Part shown: positions 43,164 to 52,433 of the stretch, in pieces
Position numbering within the stretch: position 1 is the stretch's first letter
How the letters are laid out: each line of letters starts with the position of its first letter
Assembly (NCBI GenBank): GCA_030037065.1
Contig: JASHRW010000099.1
Location: 1 to 58,512, forward strand
Length of the DNA: 58,512 bases
Reading direction: 5' to 3'
Source of the DNA: Xanthobacteraceae bacterium
GTDB taxonomy: Bacteria > Pseudomonadota > Alphaproteobacteria > Rhizobiales > Xanthobacteraceae
Notes under the pieces: model-generated
The model's database searches: none
The model's input: the letters and a program-made list of their open reading frames with translations, nothing else
What the model was told of the DNA's origin: nothing
Translations under genes and position numbers: made by a program

Positions 43164-45938
43164 ATGTCGAGTGTCGAGTCCGAGCTCGTCCCATTGCAAT
43201 TTCCGCGAATTGCGGCTTTGGCGACGAGCGCAGCGCCGGCTTGGCTTTGGAGCTCCGACGTCTCGCGTATCCTATGGGCGAATGCGGTAGGGGCGGCGAT
43301 TTTTGGTGCCGCAGATACGGCCGATATTGGCAAACGCCGATTCAAAGTCAGCGATCCTGCGTTTGGCCAGATCGCGCGTCTGGCAGCCACATTGCCGTCG
43401 GCAGGGCAGGAGCGACTGGAGCGATTGCGTGGCTTTGGTGCGAGCTTCGGCAGCGCGCTCACATGTTCCTGCGCGCGGCTTGTTCTGCCCGATTGCACGG
43501 CCGCACTCCTCGTCGCCGCAAACGAGCCAGCGGGACCGCCGCTGCCGCTTGCCGAGCGTGTCCGCCGCCTTTTTCCCGATGGCCCGGCAGCGCTAGCAGC
43601 GTTCGCGCCTGACGGCGCGCTCCTGTACGCCAATTCCGTGGCGCAGTCGCAGCTCGCTGGCGCAATCAGTCTTTCCGCGCTCGGCATTGAAGCGCTGGCT
43701 GCGAAAGCACTCGAAATCGGCCACGCCGGCGGAGCATTGCGCCTCGGTCGAACTGATTTCGACGTCACGCTGTCGCGGCTGGGTGAAAACGAGACGCGGG
43801 TGCTCGTGCTCAAATGGTCGGGACCGCGACCGAGCGAAGCGCCGGCAAGCGAAAGTACCGCGGCGATCATTAAATCTCCGACGGCATCTGAAATTTCGAT
43901 CACTACACCTATCGGAACCGAAGTGACGCCTTTAGGTCTCTCTATTTCGCAGAATACCGAGGCTTCGGAAGAGCGCCGCCATCCCCTGCGCTTCGTCTGG
44001 CAAATGGATGCCGACGGACGTTTCGTGGTCGGCTCGGACGAGTTCGTTGAATTGGTCGGCCCGCGCACCATTGCGGCCTGCGGCCGGGCGTGGAGCGAGA
44101 TCGCGGCCGAGCTGAAGCTTGATCCCGGCAACGAAGTCGCGCGCGCGATCGCCACCCGCGACACGTGGAGCGGCATTCCGATTTCATGGCCGGTCGACGA
44201 CACAGGCGAGCGGTTGCCGGTCGAACTGTCTGCGCTTCCGGTGTTCGACCGCGATCGTGCCTTCCGCGGCTATCGCGGCTTCGGCGTTTGCCGCGACATC
44301 GATCGTCTCAATCAGGTGACGCGTGCACGCCGGGCGCGCCCTATCGGCTTCATGCCGGGATTGGCGCAGCCAAGCTCGAATGGCGGAGATGACGCACCGG
44401 CGCTGCAGGGCGCCGCGGCCGCGGCGGTGCCAGTCGCGATGCCGCAGCCCGCCGCGGAGAGCGAACTGGGCGAGGCCGCGCTGGCGGCCCACAGCGGTGA
44501 CGCGGCAGACGGCGATGCTTCCGCGGCCGATAACGTCGTGCCGTTTCGGGCAGGTACGGCGGTGGAAACCAAGGCGCCGAGCCTCAGTCCAGTGGAGCGC
44601 AACGCGTTTCGCGAGCTGGCTCACGAGCTAAATGTGCGGTTGCATGGATCCGAACAAGAACCGAATAGGGTGAACGAGGAGCAAGAAGCGGCGGCCGCGC
44701 CGACCGCATCCACAGCAATCGCGGCAGCGACGGCGCAGGTTGCGGCGGACGTTCCGCCGATTGCGCTGGCGATTGCGGCGGATGGACAGAACTTGGTGCC
44801 GGCCCGGCAGCCGCCGGCCGACCATGTGCTTCTTGACCGCGTTCCGGCCGGCGTCCTGATCTACCGCAACGGGTCGCCTCTCTACGCCAACCGCCGCTTT
44901 CTCGAATTCAGCGGTTATGACGATATCGAAGCACTAGCCGCGGGGGGCGGCCTGAGCGCATTGTTCGCCGAGCCCGGGACCGACGCGCTTGCCGATAACG
45001 GCGGTGCACAAAAGCTTTCGATCGTGACGCGGCGCGGCAGCACATTTCCGGTCGAGGGCCGGCTATTCGCGGTCCCGTGGAATGGAGCTTCGGCGCTGGC
45101 GCTCATTTTGACCGATGGCCAAAGCGAGGAGCGGCAGCGGACGACACAAACGGCGCTTGATGCCGCGCAGAACGAAATCCGCGATCTCAAGGGGAACCTC
45201 GATCGCGCTGCCCGGCGCGAGGCACAAAAAGCAACAGCGGCGAAAGCCGAGTTCCTCGCCAAGGTGAGCCACGAGATTCGAACGCCGCTGAACTCGATGA
45301 TCGGGTTCGCCGAGGTGATCATGGCCGAGCGCTTCGGGCCGATCGGCAATGATCGCTACCGCGAATATCTGAAAGACATTCACGCAGCCGGAACTCACAT
45401 CGTCTCGATGCTTAACGATCTGCTCGATCTCTCGAAGATCGAAACCGGACAGCTTGAGCTGACTTTCGCAGACGTCGATCTCAACGATCTCACCCAACAA
45501 TGCGTCGCGGTCATGCAACCGCACGCGAACCGCGCCCGCATTATCATCCGTACCGCGCTCGCTCCGGGTTTGCGCCACGTCGTCGTCGACGAACGGTCGC
45601 TGCGGCAGATCGTGATCAATCTGCTCGCCAACGCGATCAAGTTCACCGGACCGGGCGGCCAAGTGATCGTGTCGACTGCGACCGCCGACAGCGGCGAAGC
45701 CGTGTTGCGTGTGCGCGATACCGGTGTGGGCATGCGGGAAACGGACATTCAGGCGGCGCTGGAACCGTTTCAACAGACTGCGTCGACGAACTGGGGCGCC
45801 GGCGGCATTGGTCTCGGGCTACCGCTGACCAAGGCGCTCGCCGAGGCGAACCGCGCCAATTTCAGCATCAAGAGCGCGCCAAATTCAGGCACTCTCATCG
45901 AGATCGCTTTTCCCACGGGTCAGGCAGCCGCGCGCTAA
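43164..45938 (+). CDS. Soluble PAS-domain sensor histidine kinase (no receiver domain)
   Basis: I chose the internal ATG (MSSVESELVPLQF..). The H-box is AEFLAKVSHEIRTPLNSMIGFAEVI, the N-box is NLLANAIKFT, G1 is RDTGVGM and G2 is GGIGLGLPL. There is no obvious TM segment. An Ala/Pro-rich linker occupies the middle. Confidence 0.85.
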   Translation: MSSVESELVPLQFPRIAALATSAAPAWLWSSDVSRILWANAVGAAIFGAADTADIGKRRFKVSDPAFGQIARLAATLPSAGQERLERLRGFGASFGSALTCSCARLVLPDCTAALLVAANEPAGPPLPLAERVRRLFPDGPAALAAFAPDGALLYANSVAQSQLAGAISLSALGIEALAAKALEIGHAGGALRLGRTDFDVTLSRLGENETRVLVLKWSGPRPSEAPASESTAAIIKSPTASEISITTPIGTEVTPLGLSISQNTEASEERRHPLRFVWQMDADGRFVVGSDEFVELVGPRTIAACGRAWSEIAAELKLDPGNEVARAIATRDTWSGIPISWPVDDTGERLPVELSALPVFDRDRAFRGYRGFGVCRDIDRLNQVTRARRARPIGFMPGLAQPSSNGGDDAPALQGAAAAAVPVAMPQPAAESELGEAALAAHSGDAADGDASAADNVVPFRAGTAVETKAPSLSPVERNAFRELAHELNVRLHGSEQEPNRVNEEQEAAAAPTASTAIAAATAQVAADVPPIALAIAADGQNLVPARQPPADHVLLDRVPAGVLIYRNGSPLYANRRFLEFSGYDDIEALAAGGGLSALFAEPGTDALADNGGAQKLSIVTRRGSTFPVEGRLFAVPWNGASALALILTDGQSEERQRTTQTALDAAQNEIRDLKGNLDRAARREAQKATAAKAEFLAKVSHEIRTPLNSMIGFAEVIMAERFGPIGNDRYREYLKDIHAAGTHIVSMLNDLLDLSKIETGQLELTFADVDLNDLTQQCVAVMQPHANRARIIIRTALAPGLRHVVVDERSLRQIVINLLANAIKFTGPGGQVIVSTATADSGEAVLRVRDTGVGMRETDIQAALEPFQQTASTNWGAGGIGLGLPLTKALAEANRANFSIKSAPNSGTLIEIAFPTGQAAAR

Positions 45939-46043
45939 CGGGCCCAGGGGTGGCCACGAATCCGACACAGAGGCCGAGCATGTTTGAAGCTCACCTGCCA
46001 TCCGTTATAGTCAATTGGCACCACAACACCGGAAGCGCGTCCT

Positions 46044-47996
46044 GTGACCGCGGCTAAGGGCTTGAAGCGCCTTGCGATTGCCGTTGCGGCCGTGGCCGCG
46101 GCGACGTTCGTCACGCTGATCGGGCTGTCGTTTCTCATTCCAGCGTCCAGCGTGCGAGATGCGGTCAGGAAGGAGATTCAAGCCGTCACCGGCCTCGACC
46201 CGACGCTGTCCGGTGGCGTGTCGGTTTCGCTCTTCCCGCATGCTTCGGTGAGTTTTCACGATGTGCTGCTCGGCGAGAATGGAGGTGCCCGGCCGGCCGT
46301 CACGGCCGATGAATTGACGGCGCGGCTCCGCTATTTTCCCCTGCTCGCCGGGCGGATCGAAATCGCCGACGTGACCTTGGTGCGGCCGACCATCAACGTC
46401 AGCTTTTCGGCGGACGGCCAGTCGAATTGGTCTGGGCTTGCCGCTTCGCTCGCCCACGCCGTCGAGCCCCACCCCGGCCGCACCGCGTCGTTCTCGGAGA
46501 TCGGAATTCATGACGGCACCATCATGGTGCACGACGCGCAGAAACGCCTCGCCGAGCGCCTCGATAATGTGGATTTCCAGCTCGCCTGGCCGTCGATCTC
46601 GCGTAGCTTCGCTGCCAACGGCCAGTTTGTCTGGCGTGAGCAAACGGTTGATGCCAGCCTCACGCTGAGCGATTTCCTCGCGGCGCTCACCGGCCAGACG
46701 ACGGGCGTCAAATTGCGGCTTACGTCTACGCCGCTCAATCTCGCCTTCGACGGTACGGCGAGTAATCGGCCGGCGCTTAAGATGGACGGAACGCTCGACG
46801 TCGATTCGCCTTCGTTGCGTGACGCACTGTATTGGACCGGGTGGAGCCGCTTGCCGTTTGGGGGCTTCGAGCGTTTCGCTTTGCGAGCGCAAAGCACCGT
46901 CGGCAAAGGCGTGATCTCGCTAAGCGACGTCAATGTCGAGCTCGACGGCAACAAAGCGGAAGGTGTACTCACGCTGGCAACCGACGGTCGTGGCGCCGTC
47001 CGAGGAACCCTCGCAGCCGACTCGCTCAATCTCACCCCGTATGTCGCCGGAATCCGCCTGATGGCGGCGAATGAGCGCAGCTGGGATCGGCTGCCGATTG
47101 CGCTCGACGGACTGACCGACTTCGATCTCGATCTGCGTCTGTCTGCCGCGAGCATCAAGATCGCCGACGCCCAACTGGGACGCACGGCAGTTGCAGCCAA
47201 TATGCGCGACGGCAAACTCGACGTGACCATTGGAGAGTCGCAGACTTTCGGTGGCGTCATTACCGGCGCGTTCAATGTCGGCACTGCCGATAACGGCATC
47301 GCAGTGGGTTCGCACTTGCGCTTCGATGATGTTGATCTTAGCGGTTGCCTGGGCCAGATCTTCGGCGTGCATAAGCTCGAGGGGCGTGGCACGCTGGCCC
47401 TCGACGTCGGCGGATCGGGCGACTCCGTATGGGCCTTGACCCACACGCTCAGCGGAACGGCGAGTCTCAATGCGCACGACGGCGTGCTCGTCGGCATCAA
47501 TGTCGAGCAATTACTGCGGCGGCTGGACAAGCGACCGCTTTCCGGCAATGGCGACTTCCGCAGCGGGCGTACGCCATTCGACAAGCTCGTGCTGAACGTC
47601 AAGATCGACCAAGGCATGGCCGCGGTCGATGATCTACGGATCGACAGCCCCGCGGTGCAGCTGACGCTTGCCGGCCAGGCCTCGGTGCCGGCGCGCGACC
47701 TCGATCTCAAGGGCATGGCGACGTTGGCCGCGAACGCGAGCGACAGCGAGTTCGATTTGCCGTTCATCGTTCAGGGCCCGTGGGAAAATCCGATCATATT
47801 GCCTGACGCTTCGAGCCTGATCCGCCGCTCGTCAGCGGCAGCGCCGTTGCTCGAAGCGGTCAAGCGACATTCGGCGGGCGATGCCGTGCGCGCAGTGATC
47901 GATCAGTTGTTCGCCGCTCCGCCGGCTTCCTCACCTTCGCCAGCTCCCATCGCGACGTCTCCCGCTGCGGCAACAGCCGCATCGAGCTCTCACTAG
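46044..47996 (+). CDS. AsmA family outer-membrane biogenesis protein
   Basis: It has a GTG start and an N-terminal anchor (LAIAVAAVAAATFVTLIGLSFLI). A long beta-rich body and an AsmA-like C-terminal block (..LDLKGMATL..FDLPFIVQGPWENPI) follow. Confidence 0.75.
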   Translation: MTAAKGLKRLAIAVAAVAAATFVTLIGLSFLIPASSVRDAVRKEIQAVTGLDPTLSGGVSVSLFPHASVSFHDVLLGENGGARPAVTADELTARLRYFPLLAGRIEIADVTLVRPTINVSFSADGQSNWSGLAASLAHAVEPHPGRTASFSEIGIHDGTIMVHDAQKRLAERLDNVDFQLAWPSISRSFAANGQFVWREQTVDASLTLSDFLAALTGQTTGVKLRLTSTPLNLAFDGTASNRPALKMDGTLDVDSPSLRDALYWTGWSRLPFGGFERFALRAQSTVGKGVISLSDVNVELDGNKAEGVLTLATDGRGAVRGTLAADSLNLTPYVAGIRLMAANERSWDRLPIALDGLTDFDLDLRLSAASIKIADAQLGRTAVAANMRDGKLDVTIGESQTFGGVITGAFNVGTADNGIAVGSHLRFDDVDLSGCLGQIFGVHKLEGRGTLALDVGGSGDSVWALTHTLSGTASLNAHDGVLVGINVEQLLRRLDKRPLSGNGDFRSGRTPFDKLVLNVKIDQGMAAVDDLRIDSPAVQLTLAGQASVPARDLDLKGMATLAANASDSEFDLPFIVQGPWENPIILPDASSLIRRSSAAAPLLEAVKRHSAGDAVRAVIDQLFAAPPASSPSPAPIATSPAAATAASSSH

Positions 47997-48033
47997 CCGG
48001 ACGATTGTTTGAACGACGCGCACCGCGATGTCG

Positions 48034-48834
48034 TCACGGCCGCGCCGGCGTTCCCCTTGCGCCGGTGAGCTTGGCCAATAGCGAGGCGATCAGAACCGTC
48101 ATACCAACGATGCCGACGAAAATACTGCACACGGCATTGATCTCCGGCTTCACCCCGAGGCGCACCGCGGAATAGATGCGGATCGGCAACGTGGTCGCGC
48201 CCGGCCCGGTGGTGAAGCTCGCGACGACAAGGTCGTCGAGCGACAGGGCGAAAGCGAGCATCCAAGCGGCGACAATGGCCGGCAGGATCAGCGGCAGGGT
48301 TATGCTCAGAAACGTCCGCAGCGGCGGGGCGCCAAGATCCATCGCCGCCTCTTCGAGACTTATGTCGAAATCGACAAGCCGCGACTGCACAATCACGGTA
48401 ACGAAGCACATCGCCATGGTGGTGTGAGCGATAACGACGGTCCAAAAGCCGCGATCGACCTCAACGGCCACGAACAGGAGTAGCAACGAAAGCCCGGTGA
48501 TCACCTCCGGCATGACCAAAGGCGCATAGATCATCGAGGCGAACAGGAGCCGGCCGCGGAAGCGGCCGAAGCGGACCAGCGCCACGGCCGCAAGTGTGCC
48601 CAACACCGTCGCCGCGCTTGCCGAGACAAGCGCGACCCGCAGGCTGGTAAACGCCGCTTGAAGGATTTCGTTGTCGCCGGCAAGTTCGGCATACCACCGC
48701 GTCGACCAGCCGCCCCATACCGCCACCAGCCGCGAGACATTGAACGAATAGATCACCAGTATGACGATCGGCAGGTAGAGAAAGGCGATGCCGAGCACGA
48801 TGGCGAAGATGTTGAATATACTGACCTTGCGCAT
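48034..48834 (-). CDS. ABC transporter permease (PotC/PotI-like)
   Basis: I chose the internal ATG (MRKVSIFNIFAIVLGIAFLYLPIV..). The EAA loop reads EEAAMDLGAPPLRTFLSITLPL. Confidence 0.85.
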   Translation of the reverse strand: MRKVSIFNIFAIVLGIAFLYLPIVILVIYSFNVSRLVAVWGGWSTRWYAELAGDNEILQAAFTSLRVALVSASAATVLGTLAAVALVRFGRFRGRLLFASMIYAPLVMPEVITGLSLLLLFVAVEVDRGFWTVVIAHTTMAMCFVTVIVQSRLVDFDISLEEAAMDLGAPPLRTFLSITLPLILPAIVAAWMLAFALSLDDLVVASFTTGPGATTLPIRIYSAVRLGVKPEINAVCSIFVGIVGMTVLIASLLAKLTGARGTPARP

Positions 48835-48836
48835 CG

Positions 48837-49745
48837 TCAGCTCCGTTCGCCGCCGCGCATGGCCTGATGCTGGAAGACGACGATCGGTGTGACCAGCAGG
48901 CAGACCAATACGATGGCGACTGCCGATGCCGTCGGCCAATCCTTGTTGCCGAAGAATTCCATCCAGATCGTCTGCCCGATCATTGGCGCACGCGAACCGC
49001 CCAGCAAGTCCGGAATGACAAACTCGCCGACGATCGGAATGAAGCACAGTAGCACGCCGGCCAGCACGCCCGGCGACGACAGCGGCAGAGTGACGAGCCA
49101 AAATGTTTTCCAACGCGGGCAGCCGAGATCGGCGGCCGCTTCGAGCAGGGACTCGTCCAGCTTCTCCAGCACCGCATAGAGCGGCAGCACCATGAACGGA
49201 AGGTAGGAATAGACGATGCCGATATAGATCGCCGTGTCGGTGGCGAGCCATACCGGCGGCTCACGCACAATGTGCAGCGTCATGAGCAATTCATTGAGCG
49301 GTCCGTCGCGCTGCAGGATGTTCATCCAGGCGTAAATGCGGATGAGAAACGATGTCCAGAACGGCAGCATGACGAGCACGACCAGAACGGCCTGCAGCCG
49401 GCGCGGCGTGCGCGCCATGCCGTAAGCGATCGGATAGCCGATGACCAGCAGCATCAGGGTCGAGAAGGCGGCGATTTCTAGGCTCTTCACGTATGACAAC
49501 AGATAAAGCGGATCGGAACCGAGCAGACGGTAATTGTCGAACGACAGACCGGTGAAAAATCTTTCGATGCCTTGCCAACCGGCGGTCAGATCAAGCACCG
49601 GCCTATAGGGCGGCAGCGCGATCGCGCCCTGCGAAAAGCTGATCTTGAGCACAATGAGGAACGGGACAAGAAAGAAGGCGACGAGCCAGGCATAGGGAAG
49701 CGAGATAGCGAACCGCTGCCAGAGCGACCTTGGTTGTTTTTTCAT
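48837..49745 (-). CDS. ABC transporter permease (PotB/PotH-like)
   Basis: The EAA loop reads LEAAADLGCPRWKTFWLVTLPL. Six TM segments are predicted. Confidence 0.85.
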   Translation of the reverse strand: MKKQPRSLWQRFAISLPYAWLVAFFLVPFLIVLKISFSQGAIALPPYRPVLDLTAGWQGIERFFTGLSFDNYRLLGSDPLYLLSYVKSLEIAAFSTLMLLVIGYPIAYGMARTPRRLQAVLVVLVMLPFWTSFLIRIYAWMNILQRDGPLNELLMTLHIVREPPVWLATDTAIYIGIVYSYLPFMVLPLYAVLEKLDESLLEAAADLGCPRWKTFWLVTLPLSSPGVLAGVLLCFIPIVGEFVIPDLLGGSRAPMIGQTIWMEFFGNKDWPTASAVAIVLVCLLVTPIVVFQHQAMRGGERS

Positions 49746-49784
49746 AATCTTCGCATCCGCGTCGTTTCGCTCTTGCCGGATCGC

Positions 49785-50924
49785 TTAGCGCATGAGCACT
49801 ATCGGGGCCTCGGGCGAAAAGCTGAGCCACACGTTATCCGCTGGCTGAGGCGAATCTCCGCCGTTGCCGTCTGTATTGGCGACTGCCGCCTTGACCCGCG
49901 AACCGTCGGCAATGCGCACCTGATAAATCGACACATCGCCCAAGTAGCCGATTTCGACGATCGTCCCGGCGAGACAGTTTTCCAGGTTAGGTGGCTTATC
50001 GTGCGAAAGGCGAATGCGTTCCGGCCGCACCGCGACCCAGACCGGCGTGCGTGGCTCGGCCCCAATCGGTGCTGCAATGCGCAGCCGACCGGCCGCAGTG
50101 CCTTCGACACTTAGCCTGTCGTCTCCGACGCGACCTTCAAACAGATTGATGTCGCCAACGAAGTCCGCGACCCAACGCGAACCTGGCCGCTCGTAGATTT
50201 CGTCGGGTGCGGCGACCTGCATCAGCCGGCCACGATCCATCACGCCGATGCGGTCGGCGACGATCATCGCCTCACTCTGATCGTGGGTCACGATGACGAA
50301 GGTCAATCCGAGTTGGCGCTGCAACTCCATCAGCTCGAAGCGGGTCAAGTCGCGCAGCTTCTTGTCGAGCGCCGCGAGTGGTTCATCCAGCAACAGCACG
50401 CGTGGACGCTTGACCAGGCACCGCGCCAGTGCCACGCGTTGCCGCTGGCCGCCGGAAAGCTCGTTCGGCTTGCGGGTGCCGAGGCTTTCCAGCTTCACCA
50501 GCGCCAGCATGTCGGCGACACGGCCGGCAATTTCCCCTCTCGGCAGGCCCTCTTGCTTCAATCCAAATGCCACGTTGGCCTCGACGGTCAGGTGCGGGAA
50601 CAGCGCGTAGCTCTGGAACATCATGTTGACCGGTCGCCGATAGGGCGGCACCGGAGCGAGGTCGACTCCGTCCAGAACGATCCGGCCGGCATTTGGCCGT
50701 TCGAATCCAGCGATCAGCCGCAACAATGTGGTCTTACCGCAGCCCGACGGACCAAGTAGGGCGAAGAATTCGCCCGCGTGAATGTCGAGCGAGAGCCGAT
50801 CGACCGCCATGAAGCTGCCGAAGCGCTTGCTTAAACCTTCAATGCGTAGCAGCGGGCGCGGATTTCCGTCGACCGAGGCCGGACTCGACTTTGTCGGCCT
50901 ATCCTTCGCTCCGGTGATCTGCAT
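49785..50924 (-). CDS. ABC transporter ATP-binding protein (PotA/PotG-like, with C-terminal TOBE-type domain)
   Basis: The motifs are [24 protein letters not shown] and [11 protein letters not shown]. Confidence 0.9.
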   Translation of the reverse strand: MQITGAKDRPTKSSPASVDGNPRPLLRIEGLSKRFGSFMAVDRLSLDIHAGEFFALLGPSGCGKTTLLRLIAGFERPNAGRIVLDGVDLAPVPPYRRPVNMMFQSYALFPHLTVEANVAFGLKQEGLPRGEIAGRVADMLALVKLESLGTRKPNELSGGQRQRVALARCLVKRPRVLLLDEPLAALDKKLRDLTRFELMELQRQLGLTFVIVTHDQSEAMIVADRIGVMDRGRLMQVAAPDEIYERPGSRWVADFVGDINLFEGRVGDDRLSVEGTAAGRLRIAAPIGAEPRTPVWVAVRPERIRLSHDKPPNLENCLAGTIVEIGYLGDVSIYQVRIADGSRVKAAVANTDGNGGDSPQPADNVWLSFSPEAPIVLMR

Positions 50925-51052
50925 CGATACTCCCGCTGCCCAACAGCGGCATTTTGCAGCCGCATGCCATGGCGCGACTCCTAGCGCATAACAGGATCAA
51001 GTGGGAATCGAAGCGACCGGAACGGGGCGATTGCGGCAAGACTTGGCGGTCG

Positions 51053-51583
51053 TCAGTGTTCGAGGGGGTCTTCCAGGGGTACGCCCATGACGCCGTCGTC
51101 CGAATCTGTCAGCAGCTTGCGCGGCTCGGGGCCGTAATAATCGCCAAGCTGCACCACTGGGCGTGGCTGCATCATGATCGAGACCAGACGGTCGTAGATC
51201 GTTTTCGCGGAGACCGGCTTGGTCAGATATTCGTTGACGCCGAGCCGCACAGCCTCGACCACGCGCCACCGTTCGCAATGCCCCGTAAGCATGATGATCG
51301 GGATATCCGGCATCGGAAACACGCCTGGCGAACGCACGATGCGAACCAGTTCGGGACCGCTCAACAGCGGCATTTCCCAATCTAGGATCACCACATCCGG
51401 CGCCACCGTGCGAATGGCATCAAGCGCCGCGATGCCGTCAGCCGCTTCGTAGATGTCCTTGACGCCGCAATTGACTAAAAGATTGCGGACCATCTTGCGC
51501 ATGTACTGGTTATCGTCGACGACCAGCACCCAGAGCGACTGGATGAGATCCTCGATTTCCTTTTTCGATGGTTTGACAGTCAT
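51053..51583 (-). CDS. Single-domain response regulator (receiver only) with conserved C-terminal tail
   Basis: The receiver motifs are VLVVDDNQYMR, VVILDWEMPLLSG (phospho-Asp), MLTGH and YLTKP. The tail reads QPRPVVQLGDYYGPEPR. Confidence 0.85.
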   Translation of the reverse strand: MTVKPSKKEIEDLIQSLWVLVVDDNQYMRKMVRNLLVNCGVKDIYEAADGIAALDAIRTVAPDVVILDWEMPLLSGPELVRIVRSPGVFPMPDIPIIMLTGHCERWRVVEAVRLGVNEYLTKPVSAKTIYDRLVSIMMQPRPVVQLGDYYGPEPRKLLTDSDDGVMGVPLEDPLEH

Positions 51584-51791
51584 GACGCGGCGAAATGATT
51601 CCGAAGCAAGGGCGGCGGACGGTCTCTACTTGCATCAAATCATGTGCGTCTTGCAGCTTGGTAAAAGAGTTGCGTGCGAAATGTGCAAACGCGGCTTCTG
51701 CTTAGCAGGAGGTTCTATCGCGTGGTGACCGTTCCGTTAATACAGTCGGGCGCGCCGCAATTGCGGGCAAATAACGAACGATGTCTGCACC

Positions 51792-52313
51792 TTAATTGAG
51801 AAGAACGATCTGGCTCAGCCCTGGATCGGACTCAGGCTTGTAACTGGAAATATTGCGCGGCTCGGGGACATAATGATTGCCCTTCTTCACCATCCGCCGC
51901 GGCTTTGACAGGATCGATACGATGCGCGCCAGAAGCGCCTTCGAGGAAACCGGTTTGAGCAGAAATTCGTTGACACCGAGGTTAACCGCCTCGAGGACGC
52001 GCGAGCGCTCGGCGTAGGCGGTGAGCATGATGATAGGCACATTGGGAAGAGGAAAGCAGCCGGGCGCGCGCACCCGGCGTACGAACTCGGCTCCGTTGAG
52101 GTTGGGCATTTCCCAATCGAGAATGACGATGTCCGGCTCAAGCCGGCAGATCGCATGCAGCCCCCAGTCGCCGTCATTGGCTTCGTGAATGGCTTTGACG
52201 CCGATGGCCTGGAGCAGCGACTTGGTGACCTTGCGCATCGTGTGCTCATCGTCGACGATAAGCACTTTCAACGCGGCAAGCTGCGCTTGTATCTGGCTGG
52301 CTATCTGATCCAT
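51792..52313 (-). CDS. Single-domain response regulator, paralog of 51053-51583
   Basis: The receiver motifs are VLIVDDEHTMR, IVILDWEMPNLNG, MLTAY and FLLKP. The tail reads KPRRMVKKGNHYVPEPR. Confidence 0.85.
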   Translation of the reverse strand: MDQIASQIQAQLAALKVLIVDDEHTMRKVTKSLLQAIGVKAIHEANDGDWGLHAICRLEPDIVILDWEMPNLNGAEFVRRVRAPGCFPLPNVPIIMLTAYAERSRVLEAVNLGVNEFLLKPVSSKALLARIVSILSKPRRMVKKGNHYVPEPRNISSYKPESDPGLSQIVLLN

Positions 52314-52433
52314 GGCGTTGTCGTCGCGTCGGCGAAAAAGACAAATTCGCTCAAATCATGACACCACGGACGCATAAAATTGCTGTGAAACCGATCGATA
52401 AAATTTGAAGCATTTTCCTTGCGTCCGACTGGA

